A stretch of DNA of 64,000 nt from Patescibacteria group bacterium. GTDB taxonomy: Bacteria > Patescibacteriota > Microgenomatia > UBA8517. The translations under genes and the position numbers were made by a program. Numbering within the stretch: position 1 is the first letter of the stretch; every line of letters begins with the position of its first letter. This document shows, piece by piece, positions 9,791 through 18,660 of the stretch. The notes beneath the pieces are model-generated. The model saw nothing but the letters and a program-made list of their open reading frames with translations. It had not been told where the DNA came from and ran no database searches. Where the stretch lies: contig DAITMO010000001.1 of NCBI GenBank assembly GCA_036835125.1, positions 702,216 through 766,215 on the forward strand. Direction: 5' to 3'.

Positions 9791-10585
9791 TTATCCAATA
9801 AATGTTCCTGTAATCTTTTTTTTTCCAACAATCGCACTTTTCAAAATGTCATTCTTTGTACCATTAATTATTTGTATCTTAATCTTTTTTTCTTTGATCA
9901 AAACCAAAGCTTCTTCTACTTTATGAATCATTCCCCCTGTAACGTCTATATTTTTGGCTCCAGTGATAGTTTTTTTTAAACTTTCAAAATTTTTACTCGT
10001 TATTTTTGAAATTGTATTTCCTTTTTCATCATATACCCCATCAACATCCGTTACATAAATAATTCTAACCTTATATTCGTTACTAAGTTTCCTTGCTAAA
10101 ACTGATAAAATTTTCTCAGTTGAAAATATAGTAAAACCTATCTTTCTATCAAAAACTACATCACCATAGACAACAGGCACAATTCCAATTTCCAATGCTT
10201 TTTTGACTGGTTCAATATATGATTTACTATAAACTTTACTATCAGAAATTAAGAAGCTACCTCCTGAAAACGAATAAACTGGCACTTTTTCATTGATAAA
10301 ATTTTTAACAACAATTGTGTTTAACATCTTGGCTGCTTCTTCTGTTACAGACGCCCCAAAAACACTATTCTTGTTTACTAAACCCTCCTTTGTTTTATAT
10401 TTCTTTGCAGGAACATGAGCAAAGCTTCCCGCTCCATGACCAACAATCACTTTAGCCTTAGTTGATTTGAGAGCAAGCTTAATTTCTTTAATAAGCCTCT
10501 TTATATTGTCCTCCCTCAATTGATATTCCTTGCTTTTGTCTGTAATTACGCTTCCACCTAGTTTTATTAGAATTAATTCTTTCAT
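9791..10585 (-). CDS. Isopentenyl phosphate kinase (amino-acid kinase family)
   Basis: 264 aa; MKELILIKLGGSVITDK N-terminal kinase motif and VVGHGAGSFAH, typical of IPK/fosfomycin-kinase-type amino-acid kinase fold; adjacent to the GHMP decarboxylase. Confidence 0.7.
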   Translation of the reverse strand: MKELILIKLGGSVITDKSKEYQLREDNIKRLIKEIKLALKSTKAKVIVGHGAGSFAHVPAKKYKTKEGLVNKNSVFGASVTEEAAKMLNTIVVKNFINEKVPVYSFSGGSFLISDSKVYSKSYIEPVKKALEIGIVPVVYGDVVFDRKIGFTIFSTEKILSVLARKLSNEYKVRIIYVTDVDGVYDEKGNTISKITSKNFESLKKTITGAKNIDVTGGMIHKVEEALVLIKEKKIKIQIINGTKNDILKSAIVGKKKITGTFIG

Positions 10586-11568
10586 TTTTGATTTTTTCTT
10601 CCTACTATTCTTGCCCCTTCCCCCGGTTTATTCACTATTACTTTGAAAACACCAGGAAGCTTCTTGATTGCACCTGAAACTGCTTTTTCATCTTTTCCAA
10701 GGCAAATAATATGTACGTTTGGCCCTGCATCCATCGTAAAATAACAAAGAATCCCTTTTTCTCTCAGCTCAAATATTTTGTGCATTACAGTAAGTGTCCC
10801 ACTATTCCAATAAAACACAGGTGGGTGTGAAGTCATAGCCATTACATGAAGATCAACAGCTTCTTCTTCGAGAATTCTCCCAAACTCTTCAAAGTTTTTA
10901 CTCAATAGTGCTTTTTTAAGTTTCTTTGTTCTTTTTCCAACTTCCCTCACTCTCTTCTCGAAATATGGACTTGTCTTTGCTAGTTCATGACCCTCAGTTG
11001 AACTTGTTTTTTTACCCCCCTCAAGCGTAACTGCAATAATGTCACGCAAGTCCCAAAAGTTTGGTTCTGCAATCTGAAATGCATAGGAAGAACTATCACT
11101 ATTTCCTTTTTTCCAATATGTAAACCCATCAGGAATACTTCGGCAGGCAGACCCTGAGCCCATCCTTGCAAGACTAGAGACTTCTTTTTCTGAAAGTGAA
11201 AGCCCTGCAGCCACACTTCCCGCAAGAGCTAGCGCAGAAAAACCTGATGCAGATGAAGCAATTCCTGCTCCAGTAGGAAAGTTATTTTCCGATTCAACCC
11301 TCGCATATGTTTTTATCTTTGCTTTTTTTCGAATCAAGTCAAGAATTTTAACAACTCTATTCTTTTTATCCCCTTCCATCTTCTTACCATTAATAAAAAC
11401 TGTGTCATTTTTAAAACCTTCACCAAATTCAAAAATTGTCTTTGTTAAACAATTAGAAAGATTCATTGAAATTGAATCGTTAAATGGAATATTTAGCTTT
11501 GAGTTAGCTTTACCCCAGTATTTTATGAATGCAATATTAGCTGGTGAAACTGCTGTAACTTTATTCAT
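10582..11568 (-). CDS. Mevalonate (di)phosphate decarboxylase, GHMP kinase family
   Basis: 328 aa; ANIAFIKYWGK hallmark and GHMP motif GIASSASGFSALA; 4-bp overlap with the downstream IPK gene. Confidence 0.75.
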   Translation of the reverse strand: MNKVTAVSPANIAFIKYWGKANSKLNIPFNDSISMNLSNCLTKTIFEFGEGFKNDTVFINGKKMEGDKKNRVVKILDLIRKKAKIKTYARVESENNFPTGAGIASSASGFSALALAGSVAAGLSLSEKEVSSLARMGSGSACRSIPDGFTYWKKGNSDSSSYAFQIAEPNFWDLRDIIAVTLEGGKKTSSTEGHELAKTSPYFEKRVREVGKRTKKLKKALLSKNFEEFGRILEEEAVDLHVMAMTSHPPVFYWNSGTLTVMHKIFELREKGILCYFTMDAGPNVHIICLGKDEKAVSGAIKKLPGVFKVIVNKPGEGARIVGRKNQK

Positions 11569-12062
11569 GGTTCATCAACATCTCCAGGGACTAAAGGTCT
11601 GTCCATCATCAGTCTTTTCAAATCATCTGCTAATAAAAACACATCTGCAATCAATGGAGCTTCCTTTGTAATGTTTCTATCTCCAATTAATTTTAACATT
11701 GCAATAATTACCTCTGTATCAGTAACAATCCCTGAAGCGACAGCTTGGGCGACAAGCTCATATTTTTTATAATCTGGAGCTTGGGAACAATGCCAGTTTT
11801 TACAAGTTTCTGGTTTTTCTCCCTTTAGATGAAGACTGCAACCCTGTCCATTTTTTGAAAGATTTGGACAAGGTGAATTTTCAGGCTTTTTGAGTGAGAC
11901 AATATTACCCTCAAGTTCAATTTTGGGTAATATACAGCATGCATTACAAAGCAACCCACTTGGAAGTTCACATCCTGGTTTGCCCCAAATATTTTTATTT
12001 TCAATCATTAAAACGTATTCTACATCAACTTGCAAAATAGATATATAATTAGTCTCACCCAT
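11565..12062 (-). CDS. Cysteine-rich hypothetical protein (putative metal-binding)
   Basis: Nine Cys in about 70 aa (GCELPSGLLCNACC...CPNL...CSLH...CKNWHC). The ORF-track start at 12068 is a TTG; the first ATG is at 12062, and an internal Met (MIENKNIW) is an alternative start. Confidence 0.45.
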   Translation of the reverse strand: MGETNYISILQVDVEYVLMIENKNIWGKPGCELPSGLLCNACCILPKIELEGNIVSLKKPENSPCPNLSKNGQGCSLHLKGEKPETCKNWHCSQAPDYKKYELVAQAVASGIVTDTEVIIAMLKLIGDRNITKEAPLIADVFLLADDLKRLMMDRPLVPGDVDEP

Positions 12063-12594
12063 GAACAAAAACCCACAAAAACCTGCTCCTAAATCATTTG
12101 TGGCAATTTATAAAGAACTACTTCTTCCTGTAACTAAATTTGTAATTAAAAGAATGGGGGTTACCGAATCTCTTGCAGAAGAGATTGTTGAAGATACATT
12201 TGTAGCAGCATGGCGTGGTTGGAATGCATTTGAACATAAAAGCAGTTATTTTACTTGGCTTTGTAGAATTTCATTAAATAAAATTTCGGATTACTACCGT
12301 GATCAAATAAACAAAAAGTCAAGAATTGTAGTACCTATTATTGAAGCATTAACAGAAACCGATACAAAGCTCTCTCCCGAGGAGAAACTCGCTTTAAAAG
12401 AGCTTAGAATGTCTGTAAATAAGTGTCTAGACTCTATGCCTCCTGAAAAAAGAAAACTTTTGCAATTTAGATATTGGTACGACCTATCATATTCTGAAAT
12501 TGCAGAAATCTTAAACATTTCTGAGCGCGCTGTTGAGGGAAGACTCTATAGAGCAAAAGAGGAATTTGAAAAAGTGTGGTCGAAAGAAAAATAG
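12061..12594 (+). CDS. RNA polymerase sigma factor, sigma-70/ECF family
   Basis: 177 aa; region-2-like EEIVEDTFVAAWRGW and region-4 HTH LSYSEIAEILNISERAVEGRLYRAKEEF. Confidence 0.75.
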   Translation: MNKNPQKPAPKSFVAIYKELLLPVTKFVIKRMGVTESLAEEIVEDTFVAAWRGWNAFEHKSSYFTWLCRISLNKISDYYRDQINKKSRIVVPIIEALTETDTKLSPEEKLALKELRMSVNKCLDSMPPEKRKLLQFRYWYDLSYSEIAEILNISERAVEGRLYRAKEEFEKVWSKEK

Positions 12595-12597
12595 TGT

Positions 12598-13368
12598 TTA
12601 TTTACCTGAAAGTTTGCTTGATAGTATTTTAACAGGAAAAACAACTACAGACCTAAATATTCTCCAAACTCTTTTTGGTTCTGTAATTACTCTCCAAAGC
12701 CATTCAAATGAATCAGGAAACCATTTTGGAGGAAGAGTGGATTTCCCTGCAATATAGCGAAAAGTCCCTCCTACACACATTGCACCACCAATATTGAGTT
12801 TCTTTAAATGCTCATACACCCAAATCTCTTGTCTAGGGTTCCCAAAGGCCACAAAAAGAAGTTCTGGTTTAAGCTTGTTAATCCTATCTATTACATTTTT
12901 TTCTAGCCCAGCTTCTTTTTCTGTTAATGGAATTCCAACCTCATTTAATTTTGGACCACAATCACGCTCAATCAAAAGTTTGGGAATTTTTATCTTAAGT
13001 TTCATAGCTGCTACTTCAGCTTCATTACCAAGTCCTCCTAAAAGGAAAATACGCCATTTATTTTTTTCAGCAAGTTTTACCAAATCCAAGAAAAGTTCTC
13101 TACCCTTAATTATTTTGAGACTTGGATCTGCAACTTTAAGTCCCACTCCATCCGGAACAGACAAATCTGCCTCATTAAGTGCTTTTTTAAGTTTTTCGTT
13201 ATTCATTGAAGCTAGAATAATCTCAGGATTAGGGGTGACTATATAAAACTTCTTGTTATGGGATATAAAGTCTTTCACTCTTGTTAGCACTTCAGAAGTT
13301 GTTCTGCTAATTACCTTAATTCCCATTATTTTGTCCATCTTTTGGGCATTTTTGTTATTATTTTTCAT
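12598..13368 (-). CDS. WecB/TagA/CpsF family glycosyltransferase
   Basis: 256 aa; family pattern including FYIVTPNPEI, DGVGL, RIFLLGG and GFPKQE-like (GNPRQE) motifs. Confidence 0.7.
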   Translation of the reverse strand: MKNNNKNAQKMDKIMGIKVISRTTSEVLTRVKDFISHNKKFYIVTPNPEIILASMNNEKLKKALNEADLSVPDGVGLKVADPSLKIIKGRELFLDLVKLAEKNKWRIFLLGGLGNEAEVAAMKLKIKIPKLLIERDCGPKLNEVGIPLTEKEAGLEKNVIDRINKLKPELLFVAFGNPRQEIWVYEHLKKLNIGGAMCVGGTFRYIAGKSTLPPKWFPDSFEWLWRVITEPKRVWRIFRSVVVFPVKILSSKLSGK

Positions 13369-13805
13369 CAGTTTTAAGTTCTTTATTTACTACTTTTTCC
13401 TATAATTCTCTTAGTAATCCTGTTTAACCTCACTTTCTCCGCATTACTTTAAAACTTATAGTATTGTTAAAATTTTGTAACAATTATTTCAAATTCTTAA
13501 CAATTCTATAAGATAGAAAATTGTATTTTTCAAATACTATTTATCAAGCTTTTGTGCATATTTTTTATTCAATTTATTAGCTTTAGAATTTAGTCTTTAT
13601 CCTCAAAGAGCTAACAATTTATATCATTTATTTACCTGATTACTATATACACACTCCCCTTCTTTAAACAAAAATCAAAATTTTTGATAATATGTTAAAC
13701 GTTTATATATATTTTAAAGACCCTATATTTCAAAATCTGCCTCAAAATCATTCATAGCCTATATTTTATATTAAGTCTATGTTTTTTATCGAAATATTTA
13801 TACTT

Positions 13806-14813
13806 TTAACCTTTAGTCGAAAGGCTTCTCTTCCAAAGTTCTATGTTTTCTAAAACTAGTCCAGTTCCTCTTACAACACAAAGAAGTGGTTCATCCGCTG
13901 TATGAGATGGAACCCCCGTTTCTTCTGTCATAAGCTTGTCAAAGTTTCTTAGGGAGGAAGTTCCCCCACTCATAATTATACCTTTGTCTATAATATCTGC
14001 TGCAAGCTCAGGTGGAGTATCTTCTAAGACTCCTTTAACTGCCCCTATTATTTGGCCTAGAACCGGTTTTATTGCCTCAGTCACTTCATCTGAAGTTAAA
14101 ACTACTGTTCTAGGAAGACCAAAAACCAAGTCACGCCCAGAAATCTCAAGTTTCTCAGGCTTAGCAAGAGGAGTTGCTGATCCAATTTTTAGCTTGATAT
14201 CCTCTGCCGTTTGATCCCCAATTATTAGATTATGTTTCTTTTTTAGATAGCTTTGAATTGCCTCATCAATTTTATTTCCTGCCACTCTTGCAGATTTATG
14301 TGTGACAACTCCCCCAAGGGATATCACCGCAGCCTCAGTTGAGCCTCCACCAATATCTACAATCATGTGTCCACTGGGTGCTGAAACAGGAATTTGAGCA
14401 CCAATTGCAGCAGCAAGAGGTTCATCTATTAAATATGCGTGAGAAGCTCCAGCAGAAAGTGTAGCATCAAGTGCCGCTCTTCTTTCAACCTGAGTACATC
14501 CTGCAGGCACACAAACCATTACATCAGGCTTAAAAAATTGAAAACGCCCTGTTACTTTACTTATAAAATATTTAAGCATTGCTTCTGTTACATGATAATC
14601 AGCAATTACTCCATCCCTCATTGGACGACTGGCGATGAGGGCCTCGGGTGTCCTTCCAAGCATCTTTTTAGCTTCTTCTCCAACTGCTACAACTTTGCCA
14701 TCTTCAGAAGATATGGCCACAACTGTAGGCTCGTTTACCACCAAACCCTCTCCTGCTACCCAAACGAGAGTATTTGCAGTCCCCAAATCAATTGCTATAT
14801 TTTTACGAAGCAT
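13806..14813 (-). CDS. mreB: Rod shape-determining protein MreB (actin homologue)
   Basis: 335 aa; IAIDLGTANTLVWV phosphate-1, DIGGGSTE phosphate-2, full actin-fold collinearity. Confidence 0.9.
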   Translation of the reverse strand: MLRKNIAIDLGTANTLVWVAGEGLVVNEPTVVAISSEDGKVVAVGEEAKKMLGRTPEALIASRPMRDGVIADYHVTEAMLKYFISKVTGRFQFFKPDVMVCVPAGCTQVERRAALDATLSAGASHAYLIDEPLAAAIGAQIPVSAPSGHMIVDIGGGSTEAAVISLGGVVTHKSARVAGNKIDEAIQSYLKKKHNLIIGDQTAEDIKLKIGSATPLAKPEKLEISGRDLVFGLPRTVVLTSDEVTEAIKPVLGQIIGAVKGVLEDTPPELAADIIDKGIIMSGGTSSLRNFDKLMTEETGVPSHTADEPLLCVVRGTGLVLENIELWKRSLSTKG

Positions 14814-14884
14814 AATATTTTGTTTAGATGATTCGCATTATATCAGATTTCAAGTATCCTTCTAAATTGGTATAATACCTTTAT

Positions 14885-16087
14885 ATGACTAAAGTCAGAG
14901 TGATCTTTTTTATTACAACTCTCATAATAGTAGGCATCCTGGGAATATTTGCCAGCTACTATGCAAGAGGCTACAGGCTTGATCTAAAAAACTTAAAATT
15001 CCAACCAAATGGTATATTGGTTCTCAAATCTGAACCTGATGGAGCCTCGGTCTATATAAATGGAGAGCTTAAAGGGGCAACAAATGCCAATCTTTCAATT
15101 GCTCCAGGTACATATGATCTTGAAATTAAAAAAGATGGATATTTACCCTGGTACAAAAGAATTGTAATTGAAGAGGAAATTGTGACTCAAGCAACAATTT
15201 CCCTCTTTAAGAGTGTTCCCTCACTTTCCCCAACCACATTTTCAGGAGCAAGTAATGTTGTAATATCTGAAGATGGAAGCAAAATCGTGTATAGCGTTCT
15301 ACCTTCTAAAGATTTAACTGAAGATAAAGTTGGACTTTGGGCTTTAGATACATATAGCCTTCCCTTGGGTTTTGGAAATGGACCAAAAAGAATTGCAGAA
15401 GGAGACATGAGTGATGCAACTTACATGTTTTCTCCAGACTCCACTCAGCTTCTATTAACTGTATCAGAAGGTATATTTCTAATAAGTAGTGAATCATTTA
15501 CTTCTCAAAATGAGATGATTAATATTGCTTCAAAAAAGACTCAAACATTGGCTGAATGGAAAAAACAAAAGGATGCAATAAACCTTGGCTTAACCAAAAA
15601 TCTTCCACCAAGCTTGGCAGATATTCTTTCAAGGAAAACCTCTGCGTTTATTTTCTCCCCTGATGGAAATATGATCCTCTATACAGCAAGTGCCACAGCT
15701 ACTCTTGAAAAGGATCTAATTAAACAGCTTCCAGGAGCCTCAACTCAAACTCAGGAGAGAAATATAGAGGCAGGACGCACATATGTATATGACATTAAGG
15801 AAGATAGAAACTTTCTAATAAGCAACCAACCCGTAACAATAAATAATATAGACAAAACAAATACGATAGCTATCCGCTGGATGAGTTCCAGTAGGCACTT
15901 ATTATGGGCAGGACAAGACCAAGCAGTAATAATGGACTATGATGGAACAAATAGACAAACGATATATTCAGGCTCATACGCCATGCCATCAGTTTTTCCC
16001 TATTCCAACACAACAAAGCTCCTGATTTTAACAAACCTAGGTTCAAACAATTCCCCCACAAACCTTTACACTCTAACTGTAAAATAA
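14885..16087 (+). CDS. Membrane-anchored PEGA-domain protein with C-terminal beta-propeller-like region
   Basis: 400 aa; N-terminal TM; PEGA-like GASVYINGELKGATNANLSIAPGTYDLEIKKDGYLPW; repeated SPDG/SPDS blade-like motifs. Confidence 0.6.
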   Translation: MTKVRVIFFITTLIIVGILGIFASYYARGYRLDLKNLKFQPNGILVLKSEPDGASVYINGELKGATNANLSIAPGTYDLEIKKDGYLPWYKRIVIEEEIVTQATISLFKSVPSLSPTTFSGASNVVISEDGSKIVYSVLPSKDLTEDKVGLWALDTYSLPLGFGNGPKRIAEGDMSDATYMFSPDSTQLLLTVSEGIFLISSESFTSQNEMINIASKKTQTLAEWKKQKDAINLGLTKNLPPSLADILSRKTSAFIFSPDGNMILYTASATATLEKDLIKQLPGASTQTQERNIEAGRTYVYDIKEDRNFLISNQPVTINNIDKTNTIAIRWMSSSRHLLWAGQDQAVIMDYDGTNRQTIYSGSYAMPSVFPYSNTTKLLILTNLGSNNSPTNLYTLTVK

Positions 16088-16121
16088 CAAGGCTCCTCAT
16101 GATATAATTCAGAAGTAATTC

Positions 16122-16192
16122 GTCCCCATAGTTCAACGGATAGAACGAGGGTTTCCTAAACCCTAAATCCAGGTTCGATTCCTGGTGGGGAC
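16122..16192 (+). tRNA. tRNA-Arg (anticodon CCT)
   Basis: Cloverleaf: acceptor GTCCCCA/TGGGGAC, D stem GTTC/GAAC, anticodon stem AGGGT/ACCCT with loop TTCCTAA, T arm CCAGG-TTCGATT-CCTGG, discriminator A; no encoded CCA. Confidence 0.8.
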
Positions 16193-16197
16193 ACAAA

Positions 16198-16272
16198 CGG
16201 AGTGTAGGTCATCGGTAGACCGCCGCGTTCGGGACGCGGAAGCAGACGGTCCAATTCCGTCCACTCCGACCA
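16198..16272 (+). tRNA. tRNA-Pro (anticodon CGG), CCA encoded
   Basis: Acceptor CGGAGTG/CACTCCG, D stem GGTC/GACC, anticodon stem CCGCG/CGCGG with loop TTCGGGA, T stem GACGG/CCGTC, discriminator A followed by CCA. Confidence 0.8.
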
Positions 16273-16280
16273 AATACAAG

Positions 16281-16742
16281 TTAAATTTCTTCCTTAGAGT
16301 AAATTAGAAGATCTGTTGCACTATCATAGTCAAATATCTCATCTCCATTAAATATCAATCCTAATTCTTTTTCAGCTGATTCAGGTGAATCTGAAGCATG
16401 AATTATATTTTGACTTCCACTCATTCCAAAGTCTCCTCTAATTGAACCTGCTTCGGCTTCTCTGGCTTTAGTGATCCCCACAATCTTTCTAACTGCATTG
16501 ATAGCTTCTACTCCCTCCCAAACCATAGCTACAACCGGAGTCCATTCCATAAAACTTTTAAGAGTGGCGAAAAAGGGCTTGTCTTTGTGATGGGCATACC
16601 AATTATCCAAAACGTCGTCTGTTAAACGAATCATTTTTACTCCAATTAGTTTTAACCCCTTTCTTTCAAATCTATGAATTATCTCACCAACAAGTCCTCT
16701 TTGAAGTCCATCTGGTTTAACTAAAACTACTGTTCTTTCCAT
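16281..16742 (-). CDS. ndk: Nucleoside diphosphate kinase
   Basis: 153 aa; ERTVVLVKPDG, catalytic-His region NIIHASDS. Confidence 0.9.
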   Translation of the reverse strand: MERTVVLVKPDGLQRGLVGEIIHRFERKGLKLIGVKMIRLTDDVLDNWYAHHKDKPFFATLKSFMEWTPVVAMVWEGVEAINAVRKIVGITKAREAEAGSIRGDFGMSGSQNIIHASDSPESAEKELGLIFNGDEIFDYDSATDLLIYSKEEI

Positions 16743-16763
16743 ATAAGTACTTATTTCTTTTCT

Positions 16764-18035
16764 TCAGACCAATTGTACAAACTTTTTTTCATCCTTAAAA
16801 GGACCAATTACTGCTAAGTTCAAATTTTTAGTAACAAATAGTCTTTTGGCTTCAGCACATACTTCATCTATTGTTACTTCATCAATCTTTTTGAAAATTT
16901 CCTCAGGGGTAAGAGCTTTATTCAAAAATAGCTGGTGTTCACCAAAAAATGAGTTTACGGCCCCTGTATCTTCAAGTGAAAGGGCAAGCTGTCCTTTAAT
17001 GTATCCTTTTGCTTTCTTTAATTCAGCCTCACTAACAGGTAATTCCCCACTTGCAATCTTGTAATACTCTTCAAGCACCACTTTTATTGCCTCTTCAACT
17101 TTCCCCGGGTCTGTTCCAACATACGTTCCAATGTAACCCGTGTCTTGATAGCGTTCAATATTAGTTCTAACTGCATATGCAAGTCCACGTCTTTCCCTAA
17201 CTTCAATAAACAACCTTGAACTCATTCCCCCTCCTAAAACTGCAGACAGAACCGACTGAGTAATTCTCCCTTTATACCCTCTAGAATCTCCTAAAAATCC
17301 CAATATAAAATGTGCCTGTTCACTTTTTTTGTTTAAAACCTTCACTTGGGGACTATTTTGTTTACTCTTAAAAACAGATTCTTTAAAAGTGGACTTTGAT
17401 GATGGAAAAACTGAAAAATATTTTTTAGCAAGACTAACTGCATCACTTTCCGTTATTCCCCCAGCAATCGTTAATAGCATATTTTCTGGGTTATAATGCG
17501 TCTTTCTATATAAAACAAAATCATTTCTTTTAATCCCTTTAACTGTTTTTGGAGTTCCTGCAGTATCTTCCCCAAGTTGATTGCCAGGAAACACAAGGTT
17601 TTCAAACACTTCTCCAATTTTTGCCATTGGCATATCCTCATACATAGCAATTTCTTGAATAATTGTTCCTTTTTCCCTTTCTATCTCTTCATCTTTCAAA
17701 AGAGGGTTTAATACCATGTCAGACAATACATCCATTGCTGTTTCAGCTTTATCTTTAGAAGCTTTAATATAGAAATTTGTCCAATCTTTGCTAGTTGCCG
17801 CATTAAATTCCCCTCCAATTGCATCCACTGCACTTGAAATATCACGAGCTGTGGGGCGCTTCTTACTTCCCTTAAAAACCATGTGTTCTAAAAAGTGGCT
17901 AATACCGGCTACTTTTGGATTCTCATTCCTTGATCCTGTTTTTACCCAAACTGTAGTTGTAACAGATTCCAATGAAGGCATGGGGGTAATAAGAACTTTG
18001 AGCCCTGAGGACAATCTATGAATTTTATAATTCAT
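16764..18035 (-). CDS. Peptidase M16 (insulinase/pitrilysin-like) zinc protease
   Basis: 423 aa; inverted zinc motif HFLEHMVFKG (HxxEH) near the N-terminus, downstream Glu region. Confidence 0.8.
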   Translation of the reverse strand: MNYKIHRLSSGLKVLITPMPSLESVTTTVWVKTGSRNENPKVAGISHFLEHMVFKGSKKRPTARDISSAVDAIGGEFNAATSKDWTNFYIKASKDKAETAMDVLSDMVLNPLLKDEEIEREKGTIIQEIAMYEDMPMAKIGEVFENLVFPGNQLGEDTAGTPKTVKGIKRNDFVLYRKTHYNPENMLLTIAGGITESDAVSLAKKYFSVFPSSKSTFKESVFKSKQNSPQVKVLNKKSEQAHFILGFLGDSRGYKGRITQSVLSAVLGGGMSSRLFIEVRERRGLAYAVRTNIERYQDTGYIGTYVGTDPGKVEEAIKVVLEEYYKIASGELPVSEAELKKAKGYIKGQLALSLEDTGAVNSFFGEHQLFLNKALTPEEIFKKIDEVTIDEVCAEAKRLFVTKNLNLAVIGPFKDEKKFVQLV

Positions 18036-18060
18036 GTTTAAGTACTAATGATAGCCGCAG

Positions 18061-18660
18061 TTGTACTTTCTTGCAACACTATCTTACAATGAATATATGG
18101 CAACTGGTCGTTCAATAAAACCAAGACATATTATTAAAAGTTTTGAAGCACAGGAATCAAAAAGAAGACCAATTTCTGTAAAAATCGCAGATATGTTTGC
18201 TTCCCGCTTTGGCACTCTTGCTTTTTTGATAATAAACATCATATTTTTTGCTACCTGGATCACTATAAACAGCGGATATATAAGGGGTATTGAGATATTT
18301 GACCCATATCCATTCATATTTTTAACAATGACAGTATCTCTCGAAGCCATAATTCTTTCCATTATTGTTCTTATAAGTCAAAACAGAGGTAATCAAATAG
18401 CTAGTCTAAGACAAGAGCTTCAGCTTCAAGTAAATTTGATCACTGAACGCGAAATTACAAAAGTCTTAAAAATCCTTAAAGAAATTAGAGAGGAAGGAAG
18501 AAGGGATTACACCAAGGATATGGAACTTGAAGATATGATAGAAGATATTGACGCAGGCTATATCGAAAGAAAGCTCCAAGAACAGATTGAAAGCTTAGAG
18601 GGAAAACCCATTGCAAAAATTCAAGAAAAGATTAAAGAAACTATAATCGCAAAAAAGTAA
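18061..18660 (+). CDS. DUF1003 family membrane protein
   Basis: 199 aa; two TM helices and the conserved pattern around QNRGNQIASLRQELQLQVNL typical of DUF1003. Confidence 0.55.
   Translation: MYFLATLSYNEYMATGRSIKPRHIIKSFEAQESKRRPISVKIADMFASRFGTLAFLIINIIFFATWITINSGYIRGIEIFDPYPFIFLTMTVSLEAIILSIIVLISQNRGNQIASLRQELQLQVNLITEREITKVLKILKEIREEGRRDYTKDMELEDMIEDIDAGYIERKLQEQIESLEGKPIAKIQEKIKETIIAKK

Noticed and set aside
12533-12757. 74-aa ORF overlapping the sigma-factor 3' end and the downstream glycosyltransferase
   Set aside because: Overlaps two well-supported genes and has no motif; treated as spurious
16088-16280. A third tRNA or a minus-strand tRNA in the tRNA cluster region
   Set aside because: Only two cloverleaves (Arg-CCT, Pro-CGG) fold convincingly on the + strand; the 15870-16196 minus-strand ORF overlapping them is a shadow ORF
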